Source of the DNA: a virus
Direction: 5' to 3' (one strand)
IMG/VR virus record: IMGVR_UViG_3300032308_001297
Location: 64,001-128,000 of that record
DNA length: 64,000 nucleotides
Shown here: piece after piece, positions 9,055 through 17,428 of the stretch
Position numbering within the stretch: position 1 is the first letter of the stretch
Layout of the letters: every line of letters starts with the position of its first letter
Program-made: the position numbers and the translations under genes
The notes under the pieces: generated by a model
What the model saw: the letters and a program-made list of their open reading frames with translations, nothing else
What the model was told of the DNA's origin: nothing
Databases searched by the model: none

Positions 9055-9601
9055 CATTTTCTTCTACCTCTGAAAATTTTTCTACTCCAACAAGTTTACT
9101 AGGTTTTTTGTTTTTAGTCAACTTATCTTCATAAGAACGTACGATGTCTGCTGAATAGTCGTTTGATTTCAAATGTGTAGCGTGATTAGCGTCTTCGGAA
9201 ATCTCAGAGAATAAATGAGAGTTCTCGAAATTTTTATGTTTAATATAAGTCTGTTTCTTTTCTTTCTGAATTCTACGAAGAAAAGCGTTCCATGCTATCT
9301 GAGTAAAATAAGCGAATGGGTTATTTGTTTTATCAGGATTAAAATTGTCCACGGCTGCAATACAATCCATGATGCCATCGCTAATCATATCTTGTTTGTA
9401 TGTATAACCAGAGAAATTTGGTTTCTTTGCAAGGTTATTACAAATCAAAAGAATAGATTCTCCAATATATTTCGGGACTATCGGTTCCTCTTTTTCGGAT
9501 TCAATAGCCTCTTTCAATTCATTTTTATAATGAATCATCGCTCCATAGAGAGTTTTGTTATTGATATAATTGGTTTTTCTCTTTGGTTTTGTCTCGCTCA
9601 T
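9044..9601 (-). CDS. gp55: Late-transcription sigma factor
   Basis: NYINNK...YIGESILLICNNLAKKPNFSGYTY...MISDG...NPFAYFTQIAWNAFLRRIQKEKKQ. Confidence 0.95.
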   Translation of the reverse strand: MSETKPKRKTNYINNKTLYGAMIHYKNELKEAIESEKEEPIVPKYIGESILLICNNLAKKPNFSGYTYKQDMISDGIMDCIAAVDNFNPDKTNNPFAYFTQIAWNAFLRRIQKEKKQTYIKHKNFENSHLFSEISEDANHATHLKSNDYSADIVRSYEDKLTKNKKPSKLVGVEKFSEVEENDEE

Positions 9602-9611
9602 AATATAGTCC

Positions 9612-9639
9612 TTGACTTTTTTTGGAACACAGGTATAAT
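9612..9639 (+). promoter_or_regulatory. Sigma70-like promoter facing antisense into uvsW
   Basis: TTGACT-N16-TATAAT in the gp55/uvsW intergenic gap. Confidence 0.4.
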
Positions 9640-9659
9640 CACTAGTGCCCCAGTTGAAA

Positions 9660-11114
9660 TTAAATCTTCAATTCTATCTTATACAGTTTATACTTAAACT
9701 TCTCTTCGTTATAGATCTTTACTCTCTCCATGAAATGTAAAAGAGTAAAGTTTTTCTTACTTTTCCAAGTAAGATCATCTGCTATATCATATAAGGTAGC
9801 AGAATTCTTCGTATCAGACTTGCGTAGTCCACGACCAATTGACTGGAGATTCCGTACGCGAGACTTGCTTGGGCTAGCAAAAATAATAGAATGGAGATTC
9901 TTAATATTGACTCCGGTAGAAAAAGTACCAACACTAGCGACAATAATAGCATTTGACTCATTTTCAACAATCCTTCTAATTTCTTCTCTTTCTTCGCCAT
10001 CAACTGCTCCATGAACGAAGAAAATCTTACGATCTCCTGCTTCTGATAATATTTTATTATAGAGATCTTTACCATGTTTTTCAACAAATTGAAATAGAAT
10101 TAGAGTGTTACCATCTAAAGAAAGAGCAAGGTTCTTGATAAAATTATTTCTTGCATCGCATCTTACAATGTAATCTAATTCAGATTGATAATCACCAGAG
10201 CGAGCAATCATCTTTCTAATATCGTCTGGATAAGTTAAGACGATACCTTTAATAGAAAAGTCTGCTAAATGTTTTTTCTCAATTAGCTCTGCTGTTGAGA
10301 TGACTTTTCTGACTGGTCCGAATAACCCTTCAAGAACGAGGCGGTGGGTTTGGGTACCATCCAATGTTCCGGTAAGTCCAAAACGGTAGCGGCATCCGGA
10401 TAGTTTAGTAAGTATAGAAGTAAGAGATTTTGCTTTGAAGAGATGAGCTTCGTCTCCGATGACAACATCAAACGAACTAAAAAATTCTTTAGGTAGCTTG
10501 TATATACTCTGCCAAGTGGTAATTGTGATTGGTCGTTTTGTGACCTTATCTTTTCCAGCGTACACACGATGTACGTAAGTGGAAGAGTCGAAACCATAAT
10601 CAGCAAAATCAGAGGCAAGCTGACTAACAAGAGAAGTAGTTGGTACAATAATGAGAGTTCTTTTCGCATAATACCTCACAAGCAAATAAATGATAAACGA
10701 TTTACCAGAAGCAGTTGGTGAAAGTAACAAAGCTCTACGCTCTCTTACTGCATGAACAAAAGCGTCTAACTGATAATCTCTTGGTTGAAAAGTAGGTTTA
10801 ATTTTATTAACAAAATCTTTTGCTTCTTTAATAGAAAATTCTTCTGTAGAAAAATCTGACAGGTATTCTATTTGATATTCTCTTTTATGACAGAATTCTT
10901 CAATGTATGAAAGCAAACCATAATATATTAATCCAGTCATAGTGTTGAGCATACGAATCTTACCATCCCAAAACTTATTACGATAAGCGGGAGTAAACTT
11001 CGCTCCAGGAACAGTGAATGTAAAGAACTCACTCATTTCCATCATAAGTCCAGGTTCACATTTAACCTTTATATAAGTCTCGTCGAATTTCTCAACCTGA
11101 ATTGTTTCTGTCAT
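9660..11114 (-). CDS. uvsW: RNA-DNA/DNA-DNA helicase
   Basis: PRDYQ, SPTASGKS, GDEAH, GLTGT, QSIGRGLR; start likely 11114 (TAATG overlap with uvsY). Confidence 0.95.
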   Translation of the reverse strand: MTETIQVEKFDETYIKVKCEPGLMMEMSEFFTFTVPGAKFTPAYRNKFWDGKIRMLNTMTGLIYYGLLSYIEEFCHKREYQIEYLSDFSTEEFSIKEAKDFVNKIKPTFQPRDYQLDAFVHAVRERRALLLSPTASGKSFIIYLLVRYYAKRTLIIVPTTSLVSQLASDFADYGFDSSTYVHRVYAGKDKVTKRPITITTWQSIYKLPKEFFSSFDVVIGDEAHLFKAKSLTSILTKLSGCRYRFGLTGTLDGTQTHRLVLEGLFGPVRKVISTAELIEKKHLADFSIKGIVLTYPDDIRKMIARSGDYQSELDYIVRCDARNNFIKNLALSLDGNTLILFQFVEKHGKDLYNKILSEAGDRKIFFVHGAVDGEEREEIRRIVENESNAIIVASVGTFSTGVNIKNLHSIIFASPSKSRVRNLQSIGRGLRKSDTKNSATLYDIADDLTWKSKKNFTLLHFMERVKIYNEEKFKYKLYKIELKI

Positions 11115-11548
11115 TATGCTCCCATAGTGAACTTCTGCCAATCAATTGCATTACGAATGATATAATTCCTATTCATTATAATTCTAACAATCGACTCAAG
11201 TAGTTCAATTTTTTCTTGCTGAAGTCCAATCTTCAAAGATATATTAACAATATCATCATCAGCGTCAAGATACATTGGAATGTCTCCTTTTAGAACCATT
11301 CCCCTTGCAGGTAAACGCCAACCTTTATCTTTTGTTTCTTCGTTTGGGCCTTGAGTTAAAAATTCATATTTGTCTAGTTTAAGTTGTTTTAACTCTGCCT
11401 CAAACTTGCGTAGAGTTAATCTTTCCTTAACTAAGAACTGAAAATATTTATGATGTAGTTTAGGGGTATCTAAAGATGCATCCCCTAGTTCCGTTTTATC
11501 AACTTGAACGTCTTTTTCCCAATGCTCAAAAATCTCATCAATCTTCAT
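11114..11548 (-). CDS. uvsY: Recombination mediator protein
   Basis: WEKD...PKLHHKY...YLDAD...RNYIIRNAIDWQKF; canonical position next to uvsW. Confidence 0.9.
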   Translation of the reverse strand: MKIDEIFEHWEKDVQVDKTELGDASLDTPKLHHKYFQFLVKERLTLRKFEAELKQLKLDKYEFLTQGPNEETKDKGWRLPARGMVLKGDIPMYLDADDDIVNISLKIGLQQEKIELLESIVRIIMNRNYIIRNAIDWQKFTMGA

Positions 11549-11577
11549 GGTTCATCCTTGACTTTTAAACTGTCAAT

Positions 11578-11606
11578 AGTATACTATATTTTTAGGAAAA
11601 AGTAAA
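11578..11606 (-). promoter_or_regulatory. Sigma70-like early/middle promoter for uvsY-uvsW
   Basis: Minus strand TTTACT-N17-TATACT, about 30 nt upstream of the uvsY ATG. Confidence 0.6.
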
Positions 11607-11611
11607 GATCT

Positions 11612-12133
11612 TTATACGTTATTAATGTCGTAATAAGTATATTTGAAAGTAGCAGAGGCTTCGACATAATTAACGTCGTCGTCTGTTGTATTAAAAACAG
11701 CGCCAGATAAACTGATCGGATGAGCGTCTGTAAAGATAATTTCGTAATTAGCCATTTTTGTTGATGAAAGAATCATTAAAGAAATATCAGAAGTTTCACC
11801 ATCTCCAGTATAAGAAGGTTTTTGCATGATAGCTTTTCTATCAACAAAATCTTTTGGTTTACCAAGAGCCTTAACCCAGTTGTGAATTTCTAAGTAGTTT
11901 TGTAAATCTTCGTCAACTTTAAAAGTAATATTAAGTAAACCATAATCCAAATGATCTCCAATCTGAGGAATATTAACCATAGGATTTGGAGTGATTACTG
12001 GTTTCAAAGAAAGATCTGGTATATTAACTTTTTGAATAAAGAAGTTGACATGCGGTGCTTTCTTAATCGTGAATTTAAAATTCAGAGGACTTAGAAAGTT
12101 TTTATTAGACGGTGTATTATCTATCGCTGTCAT
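11612..12133 (-). CDS. gp3: Tail completion / tube terminator protein
   Basis: NFLSPLNFKF...FFIQKVNIP...FKVDEDLQNYLEIHNW...ATFKY; canonical position between gp23 and uvsY. Confidence 0.88.
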   Translation of the reverse strand: MTAIDNTPSNKNFLSPLNFKFTIKKAPHVNFFIQKVNIPDLSLKPVITPNPMVNIPQIGDHLDYGLLNITFKVDEDLQNYLEIHNWVKALGKPKDFVDRKAIMQKPSYTGDGETSDISLMILSSTKMANYEIIFTDAHPISLSGAVFNTTDDDVNYVEASATFKYTYYDINNV

Positions 12134-12149
12134 ATTAACTCCTTTCTAC

Positions 12150-12157
12150 TATTTATA
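12150..12157 (-). promoter_or_regulatory. T4-type late promoter upstream of gp3
   Basis: TATAAATA on the minus strand. Confidence 0.8.
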
Positions 12158-12169
12158 TTGGGGTAAATC

Positions 12170-12781
12170 ATGGATTATAAACATATCAAAACCACAGAAT
12201 TTTCATTTATTTTATTTGAGAATATTTTTAATTTTGAAGAACAAAAAAGTATTTTCAAAGAATGTATGTTTCTTTGTGACCCTATCAAATTACAACTAAC
12301 AGAAAGATCTTCAGCTGCTCGTAGAAAAGATGGAAAATTGAAAAAATCTAATAAAGGTTTATTTCTCGAGGAAATTTATAAAGATAGGAAATATTCTAAT
12401 TATCTCGCTTTATATAAGAAACCGTTTGAATTATTAGATATGAACACCATAGCGAAACAAGACGATAACTTTTTACCTTATACAACAACTAATGTAGATA
12501 ATACTTTATTCAGTTATTATCAAGATGGAGACTATTACGAATCTCATATAGACGATGCAAAATTTACTTATTTATTTTGGGCTTGTTCTGAGCCAAAACA
12601 ATTTACAGGCGGAGAATTGGTTTTAGACGATATCAATTATACAGTAGAAATAAAAAACAATTCTGGTATTTTATTTCCATCTAAAGCTAGACATACTGTT
12701 AATAAAATTGCAATGGAAGATAAAACACCATTTAATTGTAGAGGAAGGTTTTCTTTCTCGACGTTTTTCGGGGTAAAATGA
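12170..12781 (+). CDS. 2OG-Fe(II) oxygenase (prolyl-hydroxylase-like)
   Basis: YQDGDYYESHID (HxD), FTGGEL, FPS..RHTV, GRFS; lone plus-strand, AT-rich gene. Confidence 0.85.
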   Translation: MDYKHIKTTEFSFILFENIFNFEEQKSIFKECMFLCDPIKLQLTERSSAARRKDGKLKKSNKGLFLEEIYKDRKYSNYLALYKKPFELLDMNTIAKQDDNFLPYTTTNVDNTLFSYYQDGDYYESHIDDAKFTYLFWACSEPKQFTGGELVLDDINYTVEIKNNSGILFPSKARHTVNKIAMEDKTPFNCRGRFSFSTFFGVK

Positions 12782-12812
12782 AAAGGGGGAGCCGAAGCTC
12801 CCCCAAGTTTTT
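12781..12812. terminator. Rho-independent terminator after gp23, probably bidirectional
   Basis: Minus strand GGGGGAGC-TTCG-GCTCCCCC-TTTT (UUCG tetraloop); a T-run also follows the hairpin on the plus strand. Confidence 0.88.
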
Positions 12813-12834
12813 TGCCACCTTGCTTATGTGGTTC

Positions 12835-14223
12835 TTACATAAGGTTGTTGACGATAATTCTGCGATAGTACTTGTTAGTAGTAATCGCACGACGTCCAAG
12901 ACCTGGGTTAGTACCTTCGGCGAATGGATTTGCAACCATGCCGTAACGAGTCTTAAAGCCGATCTTTGGCTGGAATGAGCTCTGATCAACTGCACGAACC
13001 ATCTGTAGTGGAACGTATGGGCAGTAGAAAAGGCCAGCGTCGAAGGCTGATGAACCCTTATAGCCAACAGTGAGATAGTTACCACCGAGAGCGTAAGGAT
13101 CGATATAAACCTTTAGACGACCATTGAGAACACCAGCGAAAGTGTTACCAGTATCATCAACCTGAAGGTTGTTTGAGTTAAGGGCAGGAGCGTAGTCGAG
13201 AACACCAGCCATCTGTAGAGCAGAAGCAACGTCTGAAGAACAGATAACGATGTTACCTTTACCACGACGAGTCTGCTTAGCAATAGCGTTAGCTTCGCGT
13301 TCTAGCTGGAACATAAGACCCTTGAACTTCTCAACTGACCAACGACCGTTTGAATCAGTGTCAAGATCGAAGACACCAGCAGTAGTTGTATTTTCCTGAG
13401 CGCCAGCTTCAGCAGTGATGTTGATAGTACGAACAACTTCACGGTTGATTTCGGCTAGGATTTCAGCTGAAAGAATGTTAGCTAGTTCTGTCTCAGCGTC
13501 TAGACCATGGATTGCTTTAAGATCCTGAGCAAGTTCCATAGTGTACTCAGCTTTTAGAGCACGAGTGTTAGCAGAAACAGTAACCTTCTCGATTGAGAAA
13601 GCCATTTCTGGGAATGCAGTATTAGCATCAGTTCCGAGAGCTTCAGCCTGGAAAGTTGACATACCATAACCAGTGTTATAAGTGTTAACAGCAGTTAGTG
13701 GTGATGTGTTAGTAGCACCTGGAATAGTTCCAACGTGCTTCTGACCAAGAGTGTTAGCTCCTGAAGTAACAGAAGAGAACTGAGTGTTAACTTCGTTGTA
13801 GAAAGTTTCTGCACCAGCATTGTTGAATGACTGAGTAGCAGCATTTCCGCCAGTAGCATAACGTGAACGCATTGCGAAGATAAGGCCAGTTGGGCCAGTC
13901 ATTGGCTGAACGCCGCAGATATCGTAAGCAATTAGGTTAGGCATTGCACGACGAACTAGGGAGATAAGAACAGGATCGAAAGTATCGATACCGCCAGTTC
14001 CCTGAGTTGAAGATGAAGCGCCCATAAGGTTGTTATGAACGAATGATGATGTCTCAGTTAGAGTCTGATAATCACCATGAGCGGATGACTCACGAAGAGC
14101 CTTTTCTGTGTTCTCAAGCATAACAGCAGTTACTGAACGGCGATGCTGGTCCTTAATAGTACCAAGAGCGTCGTGGTCAAGAACTGGTGCCCACTTGTTT
14201 TGAATTTCCTCAGCTAGATACAT
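12835..14223 (-). CDS. gp23: Major capsid protein
   Basis: KWAPVLDH, DPVLISLVRRAMPNLIAYDICGVQPMTGPTGLIFAMRS, RALKAEYTMELAQDLKAIHGLDAE, FYCPYVPL, FQPKIGFKTRYG. Confidence 0.99.
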   Translation of the reverse strand: MYLAEEIQNKWAPVLDHDALGTIKDQHRRSVTAVMLENTEKALRESSAHGDYQTLTETSSFVHNNLMGASSSTQGTGGIDTFDPVLISLVRRAMPNLIAYDICGVQPMTGPTGLIFAMRSRYATGGNAATQSFNNAGAETFYNEVNTQFSSVTSGANTLGQKHVGTIPGATNTSPLTAVNTYNTGYGMSTFQAEALGTDANTAFPEMAFSIEKVTVSANTRALKAEYTMELAQDLKAIHGLDAETELANILSAEILAEINREVVRTINITAEAGAQENTTTAGVFDLDTDSNGRWSVEKFKGLMFQLEREANAIAKQTRRGKGNIVICSSDVASALQMAGVLDYAPALNSNNLQVDDTGNTFAGVLNGRLKVYIDPYALGGNYLTVGYKGSSAFDAGLFYCPYVPLQMVRAVDQSSFQPKIGFKTRYGMVANPFAEGTNPGLGRRAITTNKYYRRIIVNNLM

Positions 14224-14256
14224 TTGTTTTCCTTTCTTAAGAAATAATATCTTTTT

Positions 14257-14264
14257 TATTTATA
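14257..14264 (-). promoter_or_regulatory. T4-type late promoter upstream of gp23
   Basis: TATAAATA on the minus strand. Confidence 0.85.
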
Positions 14265-14269
14265 AAATA

Positions 14270-15421
14270 TTACTTTTTAACTGTTCTTGCGAGAGCCTGA
14301 ACGTAACGATTGACTGATGGGTCAACAGTTACAGTTGATTCAGTAATCTCGCCTTCAAAAGTTTCTTCTTCAATGTTTGAAGAGCCGACAGTATTGTCAC
14401 TCTTGAAATAATTTTCTTTAACGATCATAAGTTTCTTAGCATAAGTTTCTAGATCGCCGTCAAACTCAATACCTTCAGCAAGCGCCGAAAATTTTTCTTT
14501 CTGAGTCAGTGCAAGATCAGAAGAAATTTCTTCGAAAATATCAGTTGCTTTTGATTCTACAATAAGGTTCTTTAGTTCAACATTTTCAGAAATTACTTCA
14601 TCCATTTTTTCTTCTAGAGCAGCAACTTTTTCTGCCATTGCTTCTAGAACTTCAACCTTATCCTCTGGAACATTGATGTAATGCTCAGCGAATAAGCTCT
14701 TCAATCCATCAATAAACTCTTCAGCGAGTTCATTGCGTAGAGTTGATTCGATAGCTACTTCATTTTCTCTCATCCATTGTTCAACACAATAATCAAGATA
14801 AGTGTCGAGCTTTGATGTTACGCTTTCACCGAAGTTAGCAATTTCTTCTTGTAGCTTTGTTTCAAACTCTTCTTCGAGACGAGTCTGTTCAGCAATAACT
14901 CTAGCTGATACAGCTGCTTCGAATAGTGTTGAAACGTTTTCTTTAAATTCTTCTGAAAGATCTTGTCCGTTAAACATTTCTTCGATGTCTTCTTTGACAT
15001 TTAGTTTTGGCATTGGATCTTTAGTCTTTGGACCTTTACCAGTTTTCATATCAACTGTTGCTTGATTGGCGGCTGACTTATCGCCAACACCCCAATCCTT
15101 ACCAGGACCATATAGTGACTGAACCTGATTGAAGAAACCAGTCCATTCATCTTTGTTCATATTAGCAATCATGTTTGTTACATGAGAGATAGCGCCAATC
15201 TTTGAAATTGGATCTGACTGACGAGCTTTTGGATGAAGTGAAGATGCAGCGAGTGTTTCCTCGTCCATTTTTTCTTTCTTCTCTTTCTTTTCTTTTTTCT
15301 CTGATTTAGAAGACTCTTCCTCTTCTTCCTCTTTTTCCTCTTCTTCTTGCTTTCCACCAGACTCGTATTTTGCTTCGTCTAGGTTAGCAACGTCTTCGAG
15401 ATCGAATTCTTGGTTATCCAT
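14270..15421 (-). CDS. gp22: Prohead core scaffold protein
   Basis: LSEEFK...LFEAAV...YLDYCVEQWM.ENEVAIE..LR.EL.E.FI.GLK.LFAEHYI; acidic; between gp21 and gp23. Confidence 0.92.
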   Translation of the reverse strand: MDNQEFDLEDVANLDEAKYESGGKQEEEEKEEEEEESSKSEKKEKKEKKEKMDEETLAASSLHPKARQSDPISKIGAISHVTNMIANMNKDEWTGFFNQVQSLYGPGKDWGVGDKSAANQATVDMKTGKGPKTKDPMPKLNVKEDIEEMFNGQDLSEEFKENVSTLFEAAVSARVIAEQTRLEEEFETKLQEEIANFGESVTSKLDTYLDYCVEQWMRENEVAIESTLRNELAEEFIDGLKSLFAEHYINVPEDKVEVLEAMAEKVAALEEKMDEVISENVELKNLIVESKATDIFEEISSDLALTQKEKFSALAEGIEFDGDLETYAKKLMIVKENYFKSDNTVGSSNIEEETFEGEITESTVTVDPSVNRYVQALARTVKK

Positions 15422-15453
15422 TGAAATAGTCTCCTATTAGTGAAATTTACATA

Positions 15454-15461
15454 TATTTATA
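15454..15461 (-). promoter_or_regulatory. T4-type late promoter upstream of gp22
   Basis: TATAAATA on the minus strand. Confidence 0.8.
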
Positions 15462-16128
15462 ATAATTTAGATTTTGCTGTTAGAGAAGCTAGATAGTCCT
15501 CAAAAATAGCAAGTTTCTGTTCTTCTAACTGTGCTTTTGAAATTTTATTCACAGTCTTTTTAATTTCATGAAGTTTTTCTTCATGCCAAGTGTTCTTAAC
15601 TGGATCAAAAATCCATTCAACGTTTTCCATAATACCATTTACGAAACATCCAGGACCACTTGGGTCTGAAACAATATCAACTGTTGATAGCTTGAAGTCT
15701 GATTGAACGACCATGACACCTTTTTCTTCTTTCAAAGAACCCATGCCACGTGTTGAAACGCCAAGCTGACCACCTGATTCTAGGAGACCTCTAGCAATTT
15801 CACCCATTGGTGTTGATGTAATTTTAGCCTTACCGTTTACATAATTACCATCCCATGACAGTTCTGTGATGATATGTGAAACACGGTCTAGGTTAATTGT
15901 TGGACCAGAAGGATGATTCAATTCGCCGAAAGCTCTTTTAGCTTGAACAACTTCTCTAAGATATCTAGAAACTTCGTTTTCTAGGATATCTTTTTTATAC
16001 ATTCTGCCGTTCTTATTTTTTTCTTCTGCAGTCATAAAGCGACCAGTAATATAATGGTGCTTATTACCGTCTTCAGATCTCTCAGTAATATATTGAGTAT
16101 CTTCGTTTAATTCGGCGATGAGTTTCAT
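15457..16128 (-). CDS. gp21: Prohead protease
   Basis: NKNGRMY, GELNHP, INLDRVSH, LGVSTRGMGSL, DIVSDPS. Confidence 0.96.
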   Translation of the reverse strand: MKLIAELNEDTQYITERSEDGNKHHYITGRFMTAEEKNKNGRMYKKDILENEVSRYLREVVQAKRAFGELNHPSGPTINLDRVSHIITELSWDGNYVNGKAKITSTPMGEIARGLLESGGQLGVSTRGMGSLKEEKGVMVVQSDFKLSTVDIVSDPSGPGCFVNGIMENVEWIFDPVKNTWHEEKLHEIKKTVNKISKAQLEEQKLAIFEDYLASLTAKSKLL

Positions 16129-16131
16129 CTC

Positions 16132-16377
16132 TTATCCTCTGTATGCTACTGGAGTTGCTAATAAACCAGTACCTTGAAGTGTATCTGTTAAATCTTTAAC
16201 AACAAAGATTGGTGCTGTATTTGTAACAGTAGTGTTAGCATATACAACTCCGTTAGCATAAGCGATATTTAAAACAGCAGCAGTAGTTGGGTTTACAACT
16301 CTACAAAGATTTGCAGTGTTGCCAAAATTATTTGCTGTTGTAATTGCTCTTTCGGCGCTAAGTAATTTAATAAACAT
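16132..16377 (-). CDS. Small hypothetical virion protein
   Basis: 81-aa ORF within the head operon, coupled to its neighbours. Confidence 0.6.
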   Translation of the reverse strand: MFIKLLSAERAITTANNFGNTANLCRVVNPTTAAVLNIAYANGVVYANTTVTNTAPIFVVKDLTDTLQGTGLLATPVAYRG

Positions 16378-17183
16378 TATAGAGTCCCCACATCGTGTCT
16401 ACCAGTTGACCATCCAGCAGCACCTGGACCAGCATAATCTGTTTCAGTAGCTGCACCTGATTCTGACTGACCATGCATTTTCCATGCTTTGGCATAAAGA
16501 ACCTGAGTACCTTTTTCTTTACCGTATTCTTTAACGAAACGCTCTTTATTAGCTTTAATCCATTTTTCGATTTTTGGATTTGGTGGAGCAACTTCATCAA
16601 GAATTTCTTCTTTAATACCTTTTGCTTTACCAGCTGGTAACTTTGTAATTGGTTTATCCTCAATAGCTTTTGATACAATAGATCTTAAATCTGATTTTGA
16701 AGGAGTTCCTGGCTGTTTAAAACTTTTTGGGTATTCATTTGAAAGGCGTCTTGGATTATCTTTATAAGCAGTATCTTTTCGCTTCATATCACGTATGCCT
16801 TCATCAACAATTTCTTCTGCTACTCTTTTCTTATCGAGAAGAACTTTCTGTCCTTTTTTTGGCATGTCTTTTGGTTCTGAACCAGGGCATGCAGCCATTT
16901 CATGAGTTGGACAACTTACGCCTTCGCCGGATTTATTACATTCGGCGGCTTCATAAACTTTTTGATCCTGCTTTTTATATGGAGCAGTTTTGATCTTTGA
17001 GGCGTTATAGATTTCATCGCCGTTACCAGCAACGTCGTCTTTTCTCTGGATCTTATGCTTTTTAGCAAATTCGATTTCGCCCTTGTTACCTTCGGGAGAC
17101 ATGGCGAGATTTGTTAGATCGTTTGGTACTTCTTTGCTGGAATTTACTCCATGCTTCGTAATATCTCTAAGCGGTTTCGCCAT
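16377..17183 (-). CDS. Probable prohead core / internal head protein (gp68 position)
   Basis: Charged and Lys-rich, with repeated hydrophobic-x-E motifs; between portal and protease. Confidence 0.55.
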   Translation of the reverse strand: MAKPLRDITKHGVNSSKEVPNDLTNLAMSPEGNKGEIEFAKKHKIQRKDDVAGNGDEIYNASKIKTAPYKKQDQKVYEAAECNKSGEGVSCPTHEMAACPGSEPKDMPKKGQKVLLDKKRVAEEIVDEGIRDMKRKDTAYKDNPRRLSNEYPKSFKQPGTPSKSDLRSIVSKAIEDKPITKLPAGKAKGIKEEILDEVAPPNPKIEKWIKANKERFVKEYGKEKGTQVLYAKAWKMHGQSESGAATETDYAGPGAAGWSTGRHDVGTL

Positions 17184-17418
17184 TTTCCTCTTCCTCTGAG
17201 TTGTCGATTTCTAAGTCACCAGCACCAAACTCGTCATCATTTTCAACTTCTGGTTCATAATTATAAAGTTGCTGAGCGACTTCTATTTTTTTATTTTCTA
17301 CTGCGGCTCTAATTCTATCAATAACAATATCATTGAAAGCAGCTTCAAAATTTGAAGGTTTTTGTTCAACGGCTGCAGAAATTAAATCTTCTATACCATA
17401 TTTATTATATTCTGACAT
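17167..17418 (-). CDS. Probable prohead core protein (gp67-like)
   Basis: Small acidic protein directly after the portal; start revised to 17418 (GAGG SD). Confidence 0.6.
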   Translation of the reverse strand: MSEYNKYGIEDLISAAVEQKPSNFEAAFNDIVIDRIRAAVENKKIEVAQQLYNYEPEVENDDEFGAGDLEIDNSEEEENGETA

Positions 17419-17428
17419 TATAATTACC

